Part shown: piece after piece, positions 1 to 14,300 of the stretch
Position numbering within the stretch: position 1 is the first letter of the stretch
How the letters are laid out: each line of letters starts with the position of its first letter
Assembly: GCA_030390025.1 (NCBI GenBank)
Contig: CM059432.1
Coordinates: 110,114,001-110,178,000, forward strand
Length of the DNA stretch: 64,000 bases
Reading direction: 5' to 3'
From: Squalus acanthias
Taxonomy: Eukaryota
The notes under the pieces: generated by a model
Databases searched by the model: none
What the model was told of the DNA's origin: nothing
Seen by the model: the letters and a program-made list of their open reading frames with translations, nothing else
Position numbers and translations under genes: made by a program

Positions 1-2591
1 CTGCCACGTGTCCGCCCATTCCACCAGCCTGTCTGTCTTGAAGTCTATCACTAGCCTCCTCACTGTTCACTATACTTCCAAGCTTTGTGTCATCTGCAAA
101 TTTTGAAATTGTGCCCTGTACACCCACATCCAAGTCATTAATATATATCAAGAAAAGCAGTGGTCCTAGAACCGACCTCTGGGGAAGACCACTGTGTACC
201 TTCCTCCAGTCCGAAAAACAACCATTCACCACTACTCTGTTTCCTGTCACTTAGCCAATTTTGTATCCATGCTGCCACTGTCCCTTTTATTCCATGGGCT
301 TCAACTTTGCTGGCAAGCCTATTTTTTTTTTAAATTCATTTTTATGGGATGTAGGCGTCGCTGGCAAGGCCAGCATTTATTGCCCATCCCAAGTTGTCCT
401 CGAGAAGGTGGTGGTGAGCCGCCTTCTTGAACCGCTGCAGTCCGTGTGGTGAAGGTACGCCCACAGTGCTGTTAGGTAGGGAGTTCCAGGTTTTTGACCC
501 AGCGACGATGAAGGATCGGCGATATACTTCTAAGTCAGGATGATGTGTGACTTGGAGGTGGTGGTGTTCCCATGCGTCTGCTGCCCTTGTCCTCCTAAGT
601 GGAAGAGGTCGCGGGTTTGGGAGGTGCTGCCGAAGAAGCCTTGGTGAGTTGCTGCAGTGCATCTTGTAGATGGTACACACTGCAGCCATGGTACACCGGT
701 GGTGGAGGGAGTGAATGTTTAAGGTGGTGGATGGGGTGCCAATCAAGCGGGCTGCTTTGTCCTGGATGGTGTCAAGCTTCTTGAGTGTTGTTGGAGCTGC
801 ACTCATCCAGGCAAGTGGAGAGTATTCCATCACACTCTACTTGTGCCTTGTAGATGGTGGGAAGGCTTTGGGGAGTCAGGAGGGAAACACTCGCCACAGA
901 ATACCCAGCCTCTGAGCTGCTCTTGTTGCCAAAGTATTTATGTGGCTGGTCCAGTTAAGTTTCTGGTCAATGTTGACGGTGGGGGATTCGGCGATGGTAA
1001 TGCCATTGAATGTCAAGGGGCGGTAGTTAGACTCTTGCTTGTTGGAGACAGTCATTGCCTGGCACTTCTGTAGCGCGAATGTTATCTGCCACTTATCAGC
1101 CCAAGCCTGAACGTCGTCCAAGTCTTGTTGCATGTGGGCATGGACTGCTTCATTATCTGAGGAGTTGTGAATGGCACTGAACACTGTGCAGTCATCAGCG
1201 AACATCCCCATTTCTGACCTTATGTTGGAGGGAACGTCATTGATGAAGCAGCTGAAGATGGTTGGGGCCGAGGACACTGCCCTGAGGAACTCTTGCAGTG
1301 ATGTCCTGGGGCTGTGATGATTGACCTTCAATCACCACAACCATCTTCCTTTGTGCTAGGTATGACTCCAGCCAGTGGAGAGTTTTCCCCCCGATTCCCA
1401 TTGACTTCAGTTTTACTAGGGCTCCTTCATGCCACACTCGGTCAAATGCTGCCTTGATGTCAAGGGCAGTCACTCTCACTTCTCCTCTGGAATTCAGATC
1501 CTTTGTCCATGTTTGGACCAAGGCTGTAATGAGGTCGGCAGCCGACTGGTCTTGGCGGAACCCAAACTGAGCATCAGTGAGCAGGTTATTGGTGAGTAAG
1601 TGCACTTACTCACCAATATTATGTGGCACTTTGTTGAACGCCTTTTGGAAATCCATGTACACGTCAACTGCATTGCCCTCATCAACCCTCTCTGTTACCT
1701 CATCAAAAAACTCGATCAAGTTGGTTAAACACGATTTGCCTTTAACAAATCCGTGCTGACTTTCCTTAATGAATCCACACTTGTCCAAGCGACTGTTAAT
1801 TTTGTCCCTGATTATTGTTTCTAAAAGTTTCCCCACTACCGAAGTTAAACTGACTGGCCTGTAGTTGCTGGGTTTATCTTTACACCCTTTTTGAACAAGG
1901 GTATAACATTTGCAATGCTCCAGTCCTCTGGCACCACCCCCATTTCTAAGGAGGATTGGAAGATTATGGCCAGTACCTCTGCAATTTCTTCCTTCACTTC
2001 CCTCAGCATCCTAGGATGCATCCAATCTGGTCCTGGTGACTTACCTACTTTAAGTACAGCCAGCTCTTTCTAGTACCTCGTCTTTATCAATTCTTATTCC
2101 ATCCAGTATCTTCTCTACCTCCTCCTTTACTATGTCTATGGCAGCATCTTCTTCCTTGGTGAAGACAAATGCAAAGTACTCATTTAGTACCTCAGCCATA
2201 CCCCCTGCCTCCATGCGTAGGTCTCCTTTTTGCTCCCTAATCGGCCCCACCCCTCCTCTTACTACCCGTTTACTATTTGTGCCTATAGAAGACGTTTGTA
2301 TTACCTTTATGTTGGCTGCCATTCTATTCTCATACCCTCGCTTTGCCCCTCTTACTTTCTTTTTCACTTCTCCTCTGAACTTTCTATATTTAGCCTGATT
2401 CTCAGATGTATTCGCGACCTGACATCTGTCATACGCGCTCTTTTTCTGCTTCATCTTGCTCTCCATCGCTTTTGTCATCCAGGGAGCTCTGACTGTAGTT
2501 GCCCTACCTTTCCCCCTAGTGGGAATGTACCTCGACTGTACCCGAAGTATTTCCTCTTTAAAGGCAGCCCATTGTTCCACTACAGTTTTGC
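1..2591 (-). mobile_element. CR1 LINE ORF2 fragment, split by an insertion at about 323-1617
   Basis: RT motifs QHGFVKGKSCLTNLIEFF and DVYMDFQKAFNKVPH (1606-1836) and tether region (2050-2580). Host sequence gcaagccTATT continues as TATTatgtggcac after the insert. Confidence 0.88.
323..1617 (-). mobile_element. 5'-truncated poly(A)-tailed CR1/L2-group LINE (family B, Crack/Daphne-like; clade uncertain)
   Basis: QFGFRQ, ALDIKAAFDRVWH, PQGSVLGP, MFADD and C-terminal ...AAHHHLL; poly(T) at the left end on the + strand. Confidence 0.85.
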
Positions 2592-4202
2592 CAAAAGTTA
2601 TCCTGACAGTGCCTCATGAAGATATTTGGGTCTTTTGCTTGGATCACGGGTTTGTCATTGCTCCCAGATATCTGCAGTGGCCCATTAGATGCTTTCACCC
2701 ACCCCATTTCCTTTTGTAGTAACCACAATTTCCAATGACTAAAAACATAGCAAGACCTGTACTATATGGTTCCGTGACTATCCTCAACAGCAATTGTCTC
2801 ACAAAAGTTATCCTGACAGTGAGATGAGAATAATTAATTTCTCCTTCTAAAGTTTAGTTAAAATGCAGTCTACGCCACTGAAATACGGTGTTTAACTCTT
2901 CAAGACAAAATTCTCTCCATTTTTTGAAAGTCTTATCTGTATATTAGCTTAACCTTTGTTGATTGTAAGCTTTCAGTTTTAGAGGACTCTGAAGTTCCCG
3001 AGCAAGCCACTTGCTTGCATCAAACTGCTACCAGAGGTTCAAAAAGGCTGACCACCACCTTCCCGGTGCAACTAGGGGTGGGCAATAAATGCTGGCCCTG
3101 CCAGTGACCCCCACAGCCCAGAAGTGAATTTTAAAAAATCATAACACATGTTAGAGTCTGGAAGGCAGACACAGCCAGGAACGGACGAGTGGTGAAAGAG
3201 AGTCTGGAAATTATTCATGATATCCAGGTTTTAGAACAAATGCTCTTTTCATTTTAGATAGAAGTTTGTTCAGTTTTGGGCTCATTTAGTGGTATCACCT
3301 GAAGCTTGAAAAATAGGTTGCAGTTGATTAACAGAAATTTCTGTGAACTAAAATATGAAATTAAACTTCAATTACAAAAACACCAAGTGGTTCCTGATTT
3401 ATTTTCTTACCTTAAATTCAGGATAAAACGTGAAAAGGAAAGTCTCCCCAGTGCCATAAAAACAGTCGCTAACTTTAAATGGTTCAGATGCTAGTGCACC
3501 AAACAGCTGCAGGTAAAGAACAGGTAATAGAAACAAGATAATGAGGACATGATTAATAGAGAACATTTCTTAAGCTATCAAATGATCTGATCTATTGTAA
3601 ATGGGTTTATTTCATAGAAATTAACAGTAGCATCCTCATGACACCCCTACCCTACTCATGCTTACACCAATGGCCGCTTCATCAACATCTATGCGCTCAT
3701 GGCTTGTGCTGTGCTCTCCACAGCTAGTGCTGCCCAGCCCCAAAATTGAATGGGTGTTCGCCAGGTGCAGTAGGTGGAAGGGGTAGTGGAGCAATGGGGA
3801 ACAGAGCTGACCGTCATGGTTGGGAGTACCATACAACTCTTCAGTAAGAAGCAGCAGGCAGGATTAGTGCCACAGCACCACCTAGCTGAGAAAACTAAAA
3901 CAGTACAATTAAGATAAAAGGGAGAAGTCAAAGGTGTCAAAGATTAGCAAAACAGAATAGTGTTACAGGAGAGAGGTGTCAGAGGAAGTGTGCATGTGCA
4001 AAATATGATAGCTTGATTGTATTTTGTGCAGAAATTTCAGTCTTTGGAATGTTAATACTTTGTTGACAGTTAACAGTACTGTATATAATAAACAATCTTT
4101 TTGTTTAATGGGTGAAATTAAAGTAACAGGTTCTGCCTGGCCTGCTGAGTTTTTCCAGCGTTTTCTGTTGTTATTTCTGTCTTTTAAATGTCCATGCTGT
4201 AC

Positions 4203-4355
4203 CTGGCCATCGCTGTCTTTAATAACTAGCAGCATTGGTGTATCGACACCCGTCATACTACGGTACAGTGTCTTTAGACTCATGCCATGCTTTGCAGTGC
4301 TGTAAATTAGAGTCCACGGGTAACCAACAGTTCGCGGAGGCAGATTTTTTGCAAG
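4203..4355 (-). CDS. OXR1: OXR1 internal coding exon (start of TLDc domain), 51 aa, phase 0-0
   Basis: Translates LAKNLPPRTVGYPWTLIYSTAKHGMSLKTLYRSMTGVDTPMLLVIKDSDGQ. This matches my recollection of vertebrate OXR1 (LPPRTIGYPWTLVY...HGTSLKTLYR...IKDSDGQ) better than NCOA7. Bounded by ttcAG acceptor (4356-4357) and GTacag donor (4201-4202); 153 nt. Confidence 0.95.
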
Positions 4356-6063
4356 CTGAAATTCACACAAAAAAATGATCAACAGAGTGAATGCTTAAAA
4401 ATCAAATAACACAACAGGATTCAAATACATTTTTAACACTGATATACTGTACTACGCTATTGCAGGAGTGTGTTATTTCCACCAACGCCATAAATGAGAC
4501 AAAATCCACCTGCTCGCTGAGTCGAGAGAATGGAGGTACACAGCACAAGTGCTCTTTATGTTGATCCTCCAACTGCGAATGGTGGCACTCAGGTGCAGTT
4601 TAAAAAAAATGTATTTGAGGTCAAGGGTCACTGCTTCAGCACCATTTGCCTCTGCCTCAAGCACCTACATTATGGATACCCAAGACAAGACTCTTGCACC
4701 TGTGTAAACTGCTAGGGCAGTCAGATATCAAGCATTTTCTAAATTTACTTTTTTTGACTATTTGCTTTGAACTAGTTTCTGAAAAGCGCACAGGAGGTTT
4801 GAACCATCATATTCTCCACCGGTCAAGTGGAGTGCTTTGCCAAACAAGCTTAATTTTTTTTTAAATGGACAGCGACATATATAAATGAACAGGGTCTGTC
4901 CACAGAATAGTAGATTTAGCAATTCAAAGTATTAAAAGGCTAAAGCATATCATGGCTAAAAAAGATACAATCTCTGTCTGACTAATGCTGTCACACTGTC
5001 TATCGAGAACTTTTTGCCAAATCCACATTGCTTTAAGGAGTTTGCTTTCAAGAGGCAAGTGCCAACAAGCTCAAGGTCTACAGCTCTCAAGTCATAATTT
5101 TTTTTCCTCTGTAAGAGTGCCAAATTAAATTTTAATTTACTCTCATACACAAGCCTCAAACAGCTGCGTAATTCTATTGAAAGTCATGGCTGTATCTGAA
5201 ACCTAAAGCGGGAAAGAAATATGATCCACCAGTTGGTATTTAAGTAATGTAACACAGGCAGAAACTACTTTCTGCAAAATGATAAGTGATACATCCCATA
5301 ATGATGGCCATTAAACTACAGTACTGACAAGCCAATTCACTTCAACAGGACGACTAAACCAAAGGTCTGCCAACTCAATCGCATTAGATTTGCTAAATAA
5401 AAGCGCACTATATTCAATAAAAGCAACCTTTGACAGATACTGAAAACAATCAATGCTTTTAATCCTTATATTGGCACAGCCAGAGCATTACCACTATTTT
5501 CATACCAGTGTTAATTTTTTTTTTAAGTTTGCTGCTGCATTCAAAACAAACTCAACTTTTTGCTGCCTGGAACATTCCTCCCCTCATTCAAAGGTCACCC
5601 AAATTATGATTACGGAAACCAGGTTTGGAATTTTGCTAAAACCAGTTGTGCAAAGTCTATACAGTTTTTTTTTAATTCAAAATTTGTTTGCAATACACTA
5701 CAGTGGACAACCGCACAACCAGTATTTCATGAAAGACAGTGATTATATTTGGAGATTAATGCATTCAATAGATTTATACCATCCTGGTCCACATATGAAC
5801 CCAGTCATGTGTGGCAAATATTACAATCCTATTGTACAGTTTCTGTTGCATCAGCATGAGATTTTCAAAGCTGAGGCAGAGAGGGTATATTGCCAGCACA
5901 GATATTAGGTTTTCACTCAATGTTTGTGAAGAAAAGGGCTTGTTAACGTCAAAACATTATGGGCCAGAAATGGCGCATCTCATTACATTAATTGGACTTG
6001 TTACCTAATCTTCAGATCACACTATATTTACGCTGCAAATTGCTGGAAATGCAAACTGATAAT

Positions 6064-6813
6064 GGGCCAGAATTTGCTGTCAAAATAATGGTGCATTATT
6101 TTGTGCTTGCAGTTATTTACGCGCAAATGGCACAGCAACTCCAGTTGAGCAGCAGATGTGCGTTTAAGCGCGGATATCCAAAGCTGCTGTCCGAGTTGCG
6201 CTACTCCACCGTCAGCCTCCCGAAAACGGCAGCTCACTGTCTGCCCCACCATTGAACATTGTGAAGTTTCTGTATTTGCATGGTAGATACAAACTAAACG
6301 CGCCTTACCATTTCAAGCACAAGTACCCATGGATAACTGTTAGTTATATGCCAATCAACCTCGGACACTGAAAATTAACAATTACAAGTGCGGAGTCTCA
6401 TTCCTTCAGGATGTGGAGATTCCTTGATGTGTGGAGATTTTAAAAATGTCAAATTTAAAATGCAAAACTTTACTTTTCCTTTCTGTCTCGCTTTCTCAAT
6501 CCAATCTCTCTTTCCCTCTCTAGTTCTCTTTCTGTAGCTGATTTGACATTGAATTCATCCACTCTAATTTACACTTCATTCTCAGTCCTTGTGCAGTTTA
6601 TTTCGCAAACCTTCAATCTGATTGGTTAAGGAGATACACAGTTGCTTGCCCCGTTAACTCAAGTCCCAGATACCATGTTTCCCTCGCTGTGCCATTACAA
6701 GCCTGCACTTTCAGAAACTTGCCACACAAAGAATTTAAAAACCTAAACGTGCAAGGGCAAGTCTAACTAATGGCAGACACCGTTTGATGCCCTGACACAG
6801 CAAATTAGGGCCC
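6064..6813. mobile_element. Non-autonomous DNA element (MITE) with terminal inverted repeats, probably Harbinger-related
   Basis: Left end gggccagaatttgctgt; reverse complement of right end gggccctaatttgctgt. Internal motifs recur inverted at about 34800-35320 and 52700-53220. Confidence 0.6.
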
Positions 6814-8356
6814 AAGGGCACAGCAATGTCAATGTGGCATCTGGGCCCTCACGAGCGTCGTGCCCAATGGTCTCTCCTTAACCAATGAAAGGATAGAGAA
6901 AGAAACAGCGATGGAGAAGGGAACAGCAAGAAATTACTCATTTCTGCAAGAAATCTAACTAATTTGCATTTCTAAGTGTCGATACAGTTTTGCATCCTGA
7001 AAATAAATCACGTCATTAACAGAGTCCTTACGACATGAATTACCACCCCTAAATGGCTGTGGCGAGATTAATTAGCATTAACGACGTAAATCCAGCAATT
7101 TCATGACATAATACTAATTTCAATGTGGAGGCTCACGGCGAGGTTGTAATTTTTTCAGTTTTTCGTGGCCAACAGAAGAGCAGCGCAAATCATCCAGCAA
7201 CTTGCGGAGAATCAGAACTCACGACATATCTCTTCTTTGCTGCAAACGGCTGGATTTTTTACGAACTAATAATGATGTGTGCTGTTAAGTTGCCATTACC
7301 TTTCCAGCAATTTCTAGGCCTATATTTTGAGTGGTCCAGAAATGTGCCAATGCCAACGGTGGTGGTGGACTCTGCCTCATTTATACTGCAGGATTGATTC
7401 CATACTACTGGCTCAACAAACTAAGTAGCTGTTTAAAAGGTGTAATTTGTAACTATTTTGTGGGAGACACATCTTGGATGGCTTGGGGATGTTCTCTAGA
7501 GGTCAATGATTGGAAAACCATGCTGCTGGTTTGTAGAAGGAGGCTGAGCCTCTCAGCTTGCTCACAGTCAAAGAGGATGGGGGCCGGAAATGAAAAAAAC
7601 CCAGTAATCTACTGTCGTCATCTGCTGTATGTGAGCTTTGTTCAAATAAAGGCAATGTTACTCACTATGGTGAAGGGTGGTGGTGGGGGGGGGTGTGGGG
7701 AGTCTAACGAAAACTGGAAGTCAGGAGTGAGGAAGTCTGACATAAACTTTACATTCAAAGGAGCAGTGTGAAGATGACGAGAGAAAGCCACTGAAGTGGA
7801 CAGTACAAATGGGTTTAAGAGAAGTATCTAAAAAAACAACAGTAAATATGTTTTTTTTAGAAAAGCATTACATTGGTTGTAAAACACTTTGGGTGCCCTG
7901 AGGATGTGATGAGGCAACAGTTCTACGGAATCTAAGGAAAGTTTTAGTGCATTCCTGGGAAAAGAAGTGATTGAGGGATTTGGTGAGAAGGCATATACTT
8001 GGAGCTGAGATTCCAACAAAATGTATCGAACCGCTTTGGGCTGAATAGCCTTAGTGCACTGATTCTCAAGTCCCAACTAAGAGAGGAAAAAAAATCTGAA
8101 CAACTGCTCACATTTGAAAGCACAAAATGCGGAGGGATCTGGAGCCAGCACATAGACATGCAGGCATTTTCGCATTTAAAGAATAGGATACTGAAACAGA
8201 GTTAAGATAAGTTTCACTCTTCATACAGAACTCTCCCAGTGTCCCACAGTTGGGAGGCTGCTGGCAGCAGATGCCCCAATGAAAAAACTACAGCAGGACA
8301 GAGACTAAGCATGTGGGAATGGAGTGTGAGGAGTTTTTGGGCATAGAATTTGAGCA

Positions 8357-11300
8357 AGATAGAAGCAGAGATTTACGGCACAAAGAAGGCCATTCGGCCC
8401 ATCGTGTCTGTGGCAGCCGAAAAAGAGCTGTCCAGCCTAATCCAACTTTCCAGCTCTTGGTCTGTAGCCCTGCAGGTTACGGCACTTCAAGTGCATACCC
8501 AAGTACTTTTTAAATGTGATGAGGGTTTCTGCCTCTACCATCCTTTCAGGCAGTGAGTTCCAGACCCCCACCACCCTCTGGGTGAAAAAGTTTCTCAACC
8601 AATTACTTTAAATCTATGCCCCCTGGTTATTGACCTCTCTGCTAAGGGAAATAGGTCCTTCCTATCCACTCTATCTAGGCTCCTCATAATTTTATACACT
8701 TCAATTAAATCTCCCCTCAACCTCCTCTGTTCCAAAGAAAACAACCCCAGCCCATCCAATCTGTCCTCATAGCTAAAACTCTCCAGACCTGGCAACATCC
8801 TCGTAAATCTCCTCTGTACCCTCTCCAGTGTAATCACATCTTTCCTGTAATGTGGTGACCAGAACTGGATGCAGTACTCTAGCTGTGGCCGAACTAGTGT
8901 TTTATACAGTTCAAGCATAACCTCCCTGCTCTTATATTCTATGCCTCAGCTGATAAAGGAAAGTATCCCATACACCTTCTTAACCACCTTATCTACCTGT
9001 CCTGCTACCTTCAGGGATCTGTGGACATGCACTCCAAGATTCCTCTACGCATCTCAGTGTCCTACCATTTATAGTGTATTCCCTTGCCTTGTTAGTCCTC
9101 CCCAAATGCATTACCTCACACTTCTCCGGATTAAATTTAATTTGCCACTTTTCTGCCCACCTGATCAGTCCATTGATATCTTCCTGCAGTCTACAGCGTT
9201 CTTCCTCACTATCAACCTCACGGCCAATTTTTGTATCATCTTCAAACTTCTTAATCATGCCCCCCCCTACAATGAAGTCTAAATCATTGATGTATACCAC
9301 AAAAAGCAAGGGACCTAGTACTGAGCCCTGTGGAACCCTACTGGAAACAGCTTTCTAGTCACAAAAACACCGGTCAACCATTACCCTTTGTTTTCTGCTA
9401 CTGAGCGAATTTTGGATCCAACTTGCCACTTTCCCTTGGATCCCATGGGCTTTTACTTTTCTGACCAGTCTTCCATGTGAGACCTTGCCAAAATCCATGT
9501 CGACGACATCAAACGCACTACCCTCATCAAACCTCCTTGTTATCTCCTCAAAAAATTCAATCAAGTTAGTCAGACACGACCTTCCCTTAACAAATCCATG
9601 CTGACTGTCCTTGATTAATCTGTGCCTTTCGATATGATGTTAAACACTGTCTCTCAGAATTTTTTCCAATAATTTGCCCACCACCGAGGTTAGGCTGACT
9701 GGCCTGTAATTACTTGGTCTAGCCTTTTCTCCATTTTTTAACAACGGTACAACGTTAGCAGTCCTCCAGCACCACACCTGTAGCCAGAGAAGATTGGAAA
9801 ATGATGGTCAGAGCCGCCGCTATTCCCTTCCTTGCTTCTCAACAGCCTGGGATACATTTCATCCGGGCCTGGCGATTTATCTACTTGCAAAGATGCTGAA
9901 CCCCTTAATGCTTCCTTTCACTATGTTTATTTCATCTAATATTTCACACTCCCCCTCCTCCTCAACTACAATGTCTGCATCATCCCTCTCTCTTTTTGAA
10001 GACAAATGAAAAGTATTCATTAAGAACCATGCCCACGTCTTCCGCCTCCACAGTTTACTTTTTTGGTCTCTAATAGGCCCTACTCTTTCCTTGGTTAACC
10101 TCTTGCTCTTTATGTATTTATAAAACATCTTTGAGTTTTCCTTGATTTTACTTGCCAATATTTTTTCATACCCTCTCTTTACTTTCCTAACTTCCTTTTT
10201 AATTTCACCTCTGCACTTTCTATACTCCTCTAGGCTTCCTGCAATATTTAGCTCTCTGTATCTGACATAAGCTTCCCTTTTTTTTGCCTTATCCTACCTT
10301 GTGTGCTCCTTGACATCCAGGGGGCTCTAGATTTGAAGTCCCACCGTTTTTTTTGTGGGAACATACTTGCTCTGAACCCCTCACTATCTCCTCCTTGAAT
10401 GCCTCCCACTGCTCTGACACTGATTTACCTTCAAGTAGCTGTTTCTAGTCCACTTTTGCTAAATCACATCACAGCTTAGCAAAACTGGCCTTTTCCCCAA
10501 TGGAGAACTTTTACATAACTATGCTAAATCTAACTGAATTATGATCACTACCACCAATATGCTCTCCCACTGATACCCTTTCCACCTGCCCAGCTTCATT
10601 CCCTAAAACTAAGTCCAGAACCGCTCCCTCTCTTGTTGGGCTTGCTACGTACTGGCTAAAAAAGTTCTCCTGAATTCTGCACCCTCTAAACACAGATTCA
10701 ATCCCCATTAATATTAGGGTAGTTGAAAACCCCCGCCTAGAACTGCTCTATTGTTTTTGCACTTCAGAAATTTGCCTACATATTTGCTCTTCTATCTCCC
10801 TCTGACTGTTTGCATAGAAGCATAGAAGATAGGAGCAGGAGTAGGCCATTCGGCCCCTCGAGCCTGCTCCGCCATTTAATGAGATCATGGCTGATCATCC
10901 AAATTCAGTACCCTGTCCCTGCTTTCTCCCCATATCCCTTGATCCCTTTAGCCTTAAGAAATATATCTATCTCCTTCTTGAATATATTTAATTAATTGGC
11001 CTCAACTGCCTTCTGTGGTAGAGAATTCCACAGGTTCACCACTCTCTGGGTGAAGAAATTCCTCTCATCTCAGTCCTAAATGGCTTACCCCTTATCCTTA
11101 GACTGTAACCCCTGGTTCTGGACTCCCCCGCCATCGGGAACATCCTTCCTGCATCTAGTCTGTCTAGTCCTGTTAGAATTTTATAAGTTTCAATGAGATC
11201 CCCTCTCATTCTTCAAAACTCTAGCGAATATAAGCCGAATCGACCCAATCTCTCTTCATACGTCATTCCTGCCATCCCAGGTATCAGTCTGGTAAATCTT

Positions 11301-14300
11301 CGCTGCACTCCCTCCATGGCAAGAACATCCTTCCTCAGATAAGGCGACCAAAACTGCACACAATACTCAAGGTGTGGTCTCATCAAGGCCTTGTACAACT
11401 GCAGCAAGACATCCTTACTCCTGTACTCGAATCCTCTCGCTATGAAGGCCAACATACCATTTGCCTTCTTAACCGCCTGCTGCACCTGCATGCTTACCTT
11501 CAGCGACTGGTGCACAAGGACACCCAGGTCTCGTTGCACTTCCCCTTTTCCCAATCTATTGCCGTTCAGATAATAATCTGTCTTCCTGTTTTTGCCACCA
11601 AAGTGGATAACCTCGCATTTATCCACATTATACTGCATCTGCCCAATCACCCAACCTGTCCAAATCATACTGGAGTTTCTCTGCATCCTCCTCACAGCAC
11701 ACACGCCCACCCAGCTTTGTGTCGTCTGCAAACTCTGAGATATTACATCTAGTTCCCTCGTCTAGATCATTAATATATATTGTGAATAGCTGGGGTCCTC
11801 GCACCGATCCCGGTGGTACCCCACTAGTCACTGCCTGCCACTCGGAAAAAGACCCGTTTATTCCAACTCTTTGCTTCCTGTCTGCCAACCAGTTCTCTAC
11901 CCAAATCAGTACCTCACCCCCAATCCCATGTGCTTTAACTTTGCACGCTAATCTCTTATGCGGGACCTTATCGAAAACCTTCTGAAAGTACAAATACACC
12001 ACATCCACTGGTTCTCCCTTATCTATTCTACCAATTACATCCTCAAAAAATTCCAGTAGATTAGTCAGGCATGATTTCCCTTTTGTAAATCCATGTTGAC
12101 TTTGTCCGATCCAGTCACTGTTTTCCAAGCGCTCTGCTATTACATCTTTTATAATAGACTCTAGCATTTTGCCCACTACCGATGTCAGGCTGACCAGTCT
12201 ATAATTCCCCGTTTTTTCTCTACCACCTTTTTTAAATAGTGGGCTTACATTAGCTACCCTCCAATCCATGGGAACTGTTCCAGAGTCTATAGAATTTTGA
12301 AAGATGACCAGCAATGCATCTACTATTTCAATCCCGTCAATTTCCCTAACACCATTTCCCTACAAATAGTGATTTCATTCAATTCCTCCCTCTCATTAGA
12401 CCCTATGTTCCCCGACATCTCGGAGTTTATTTGTGTCCTCCTTTGTCAAGACAGAACCAAAGTATGTATTTAATTGGTCTGCCATTTCTTTGTTCCCCAT
12501 TATAAATTCCCGATTCTGACTGCAAGGGACCTACGCTTGACTTCACCAATCTTTTTCTCTTCACATATCTATAGAAGCTTTTACAGTCAGTTTTTATGTT
12601 CCCTGAAAGCTTACTCTCATATTCTATTTTCCCCCTCTTAATTAATTCCTTTATCCTCCTTTGCTGAATCCTAAACTGCTCCCAATCCTCAGGTTTGCTG
12701 CTTTTTCTGGCCAATTTATATGTCCTCTCCTCGGATCTTATGCTATCCCTAATTTCCCTTGTTAGCCACGGTTGGGTCACCTTTTTTGTTTTATTTTTAT
12801 GCCAAACAGGGATGAACAAATTCTGTAGTTCATCCATGCGATCTTTAAATGTTTGCCATTGCCTATCCACCGTCAACCCTTTAAGTAACGCTCCCCAATC
12901 CATCCTAGCCAACTCGCGCCTCATACCATTGTAGTTTCCTTTATTTAAATTCAGGACCCTAATCTCTGAGTCAACTACTTCACTCTCCATCTTAATGAAG
13001 AATTCGATCATATTATGATCGCTCCACCCCAAGGGGCCTCGCACAACAAGATTGCTAATTAATGCTTTCTCATTACATAATACCCAGTCTAAGATGGCCT
13101 GATCTCTGGTTGGTTCCTCGACATATTGGTCCAGGAAACCATCCCGTATACACTCTAGGAATTCCTCCTCCACAGTATTGTTACTAATTTGGTTACCCCA
13201 ATCTATATGTAGATTAAAGTCACCCATGATAACTGCTGTGCCCTTATTGCACGCGTCTCTAATTTCCCGTTTAATGCCATCCCCAACCTCAGCATTACTG
13301 TTTGGGGGTCTGTATACAACTCCCACTAACGTTTTCTGCCCCTTGGTATTTCTCAGCTCTACCCATACAGATTCCACATCATCAGAGCTAATATCCTTCC
13401 TTACTATTGTGTTAATCTCCTCTTTAACCAGCAATGCTACCCACCTCCTTTTCCTTTTTGTCTGTCCTACCTGAATATTGAATACCCCTGGATGTTGAAT
13501 TCCCAGCCTTGGTCACCCTGGAACCATGTCTCCGTAATCCCAATTATATCATATCCGTTTACATCTATTTGCGCAGCTAATTCATCCACCTTATTACGAA
13601 TGCTCCTCGCATTAAGACACAAAGCCTTCAAGCTTGTTTTTTTAACACTCTTGGTCATTTTTGAATTATTATTTACTGTAGCCCTGTTTGATTTACACCC
13701 TTGATTTCTCTACCTTCCACTTTTGCTTTTCTCCTTCCTGTCTTTTGCTTCTATCCTTGCTTCCCTTTCCTGTCTCCCTGCACAGGTTCCCAACCCCCTG
13801 CCATTTTAGTTTAAACCCTCCCCAACAGCACTAGCAAACACTCCCCCTTGGATATCGGTCCCGGTCCCGTCCAGGTGCAAACCGTCCAGTTTGTACTGGT
13901 CCCATCTCCCCCAGAACCGGTTCCAATGTCCCAGGAATTTGAATCCCTCCCCCTTGCACCATTCCTCTAGCCACGTATTCATCTGAAATATCCTTCTATT
14001 TCTACTCTGACTAGTACGTGGCACCGGTAGCAATCCTGAGATTAGTACCTTTGAGGTCCTATTTTTTTTATTTACCTCCTAACTCCCTATATTCAGCTTT
14101 TAGGACCTCATCCCGTTTTTTACCTATATCGTTTGGGGGTCTATAGTACACTCCCAGCAGTGTAATTGCCCCTTTTTTGTTCTTTAGTCAACCCATCGGG
14201 CCTCATTTGATGATCCTTCTAACATATCATCCCTCCTCACAGCTGTAATTGTTTCTTTAACCAATATTGCGACCTCCCCCCTTTTTTTCTCCCCATCTCG

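Noticed and set aside
3963..4382. 139-aa ORF as a single-exon gene
   Set aside because: Only 4203-4355 is OXR1-like and bounded by splice sites; the rest is intron read-through.
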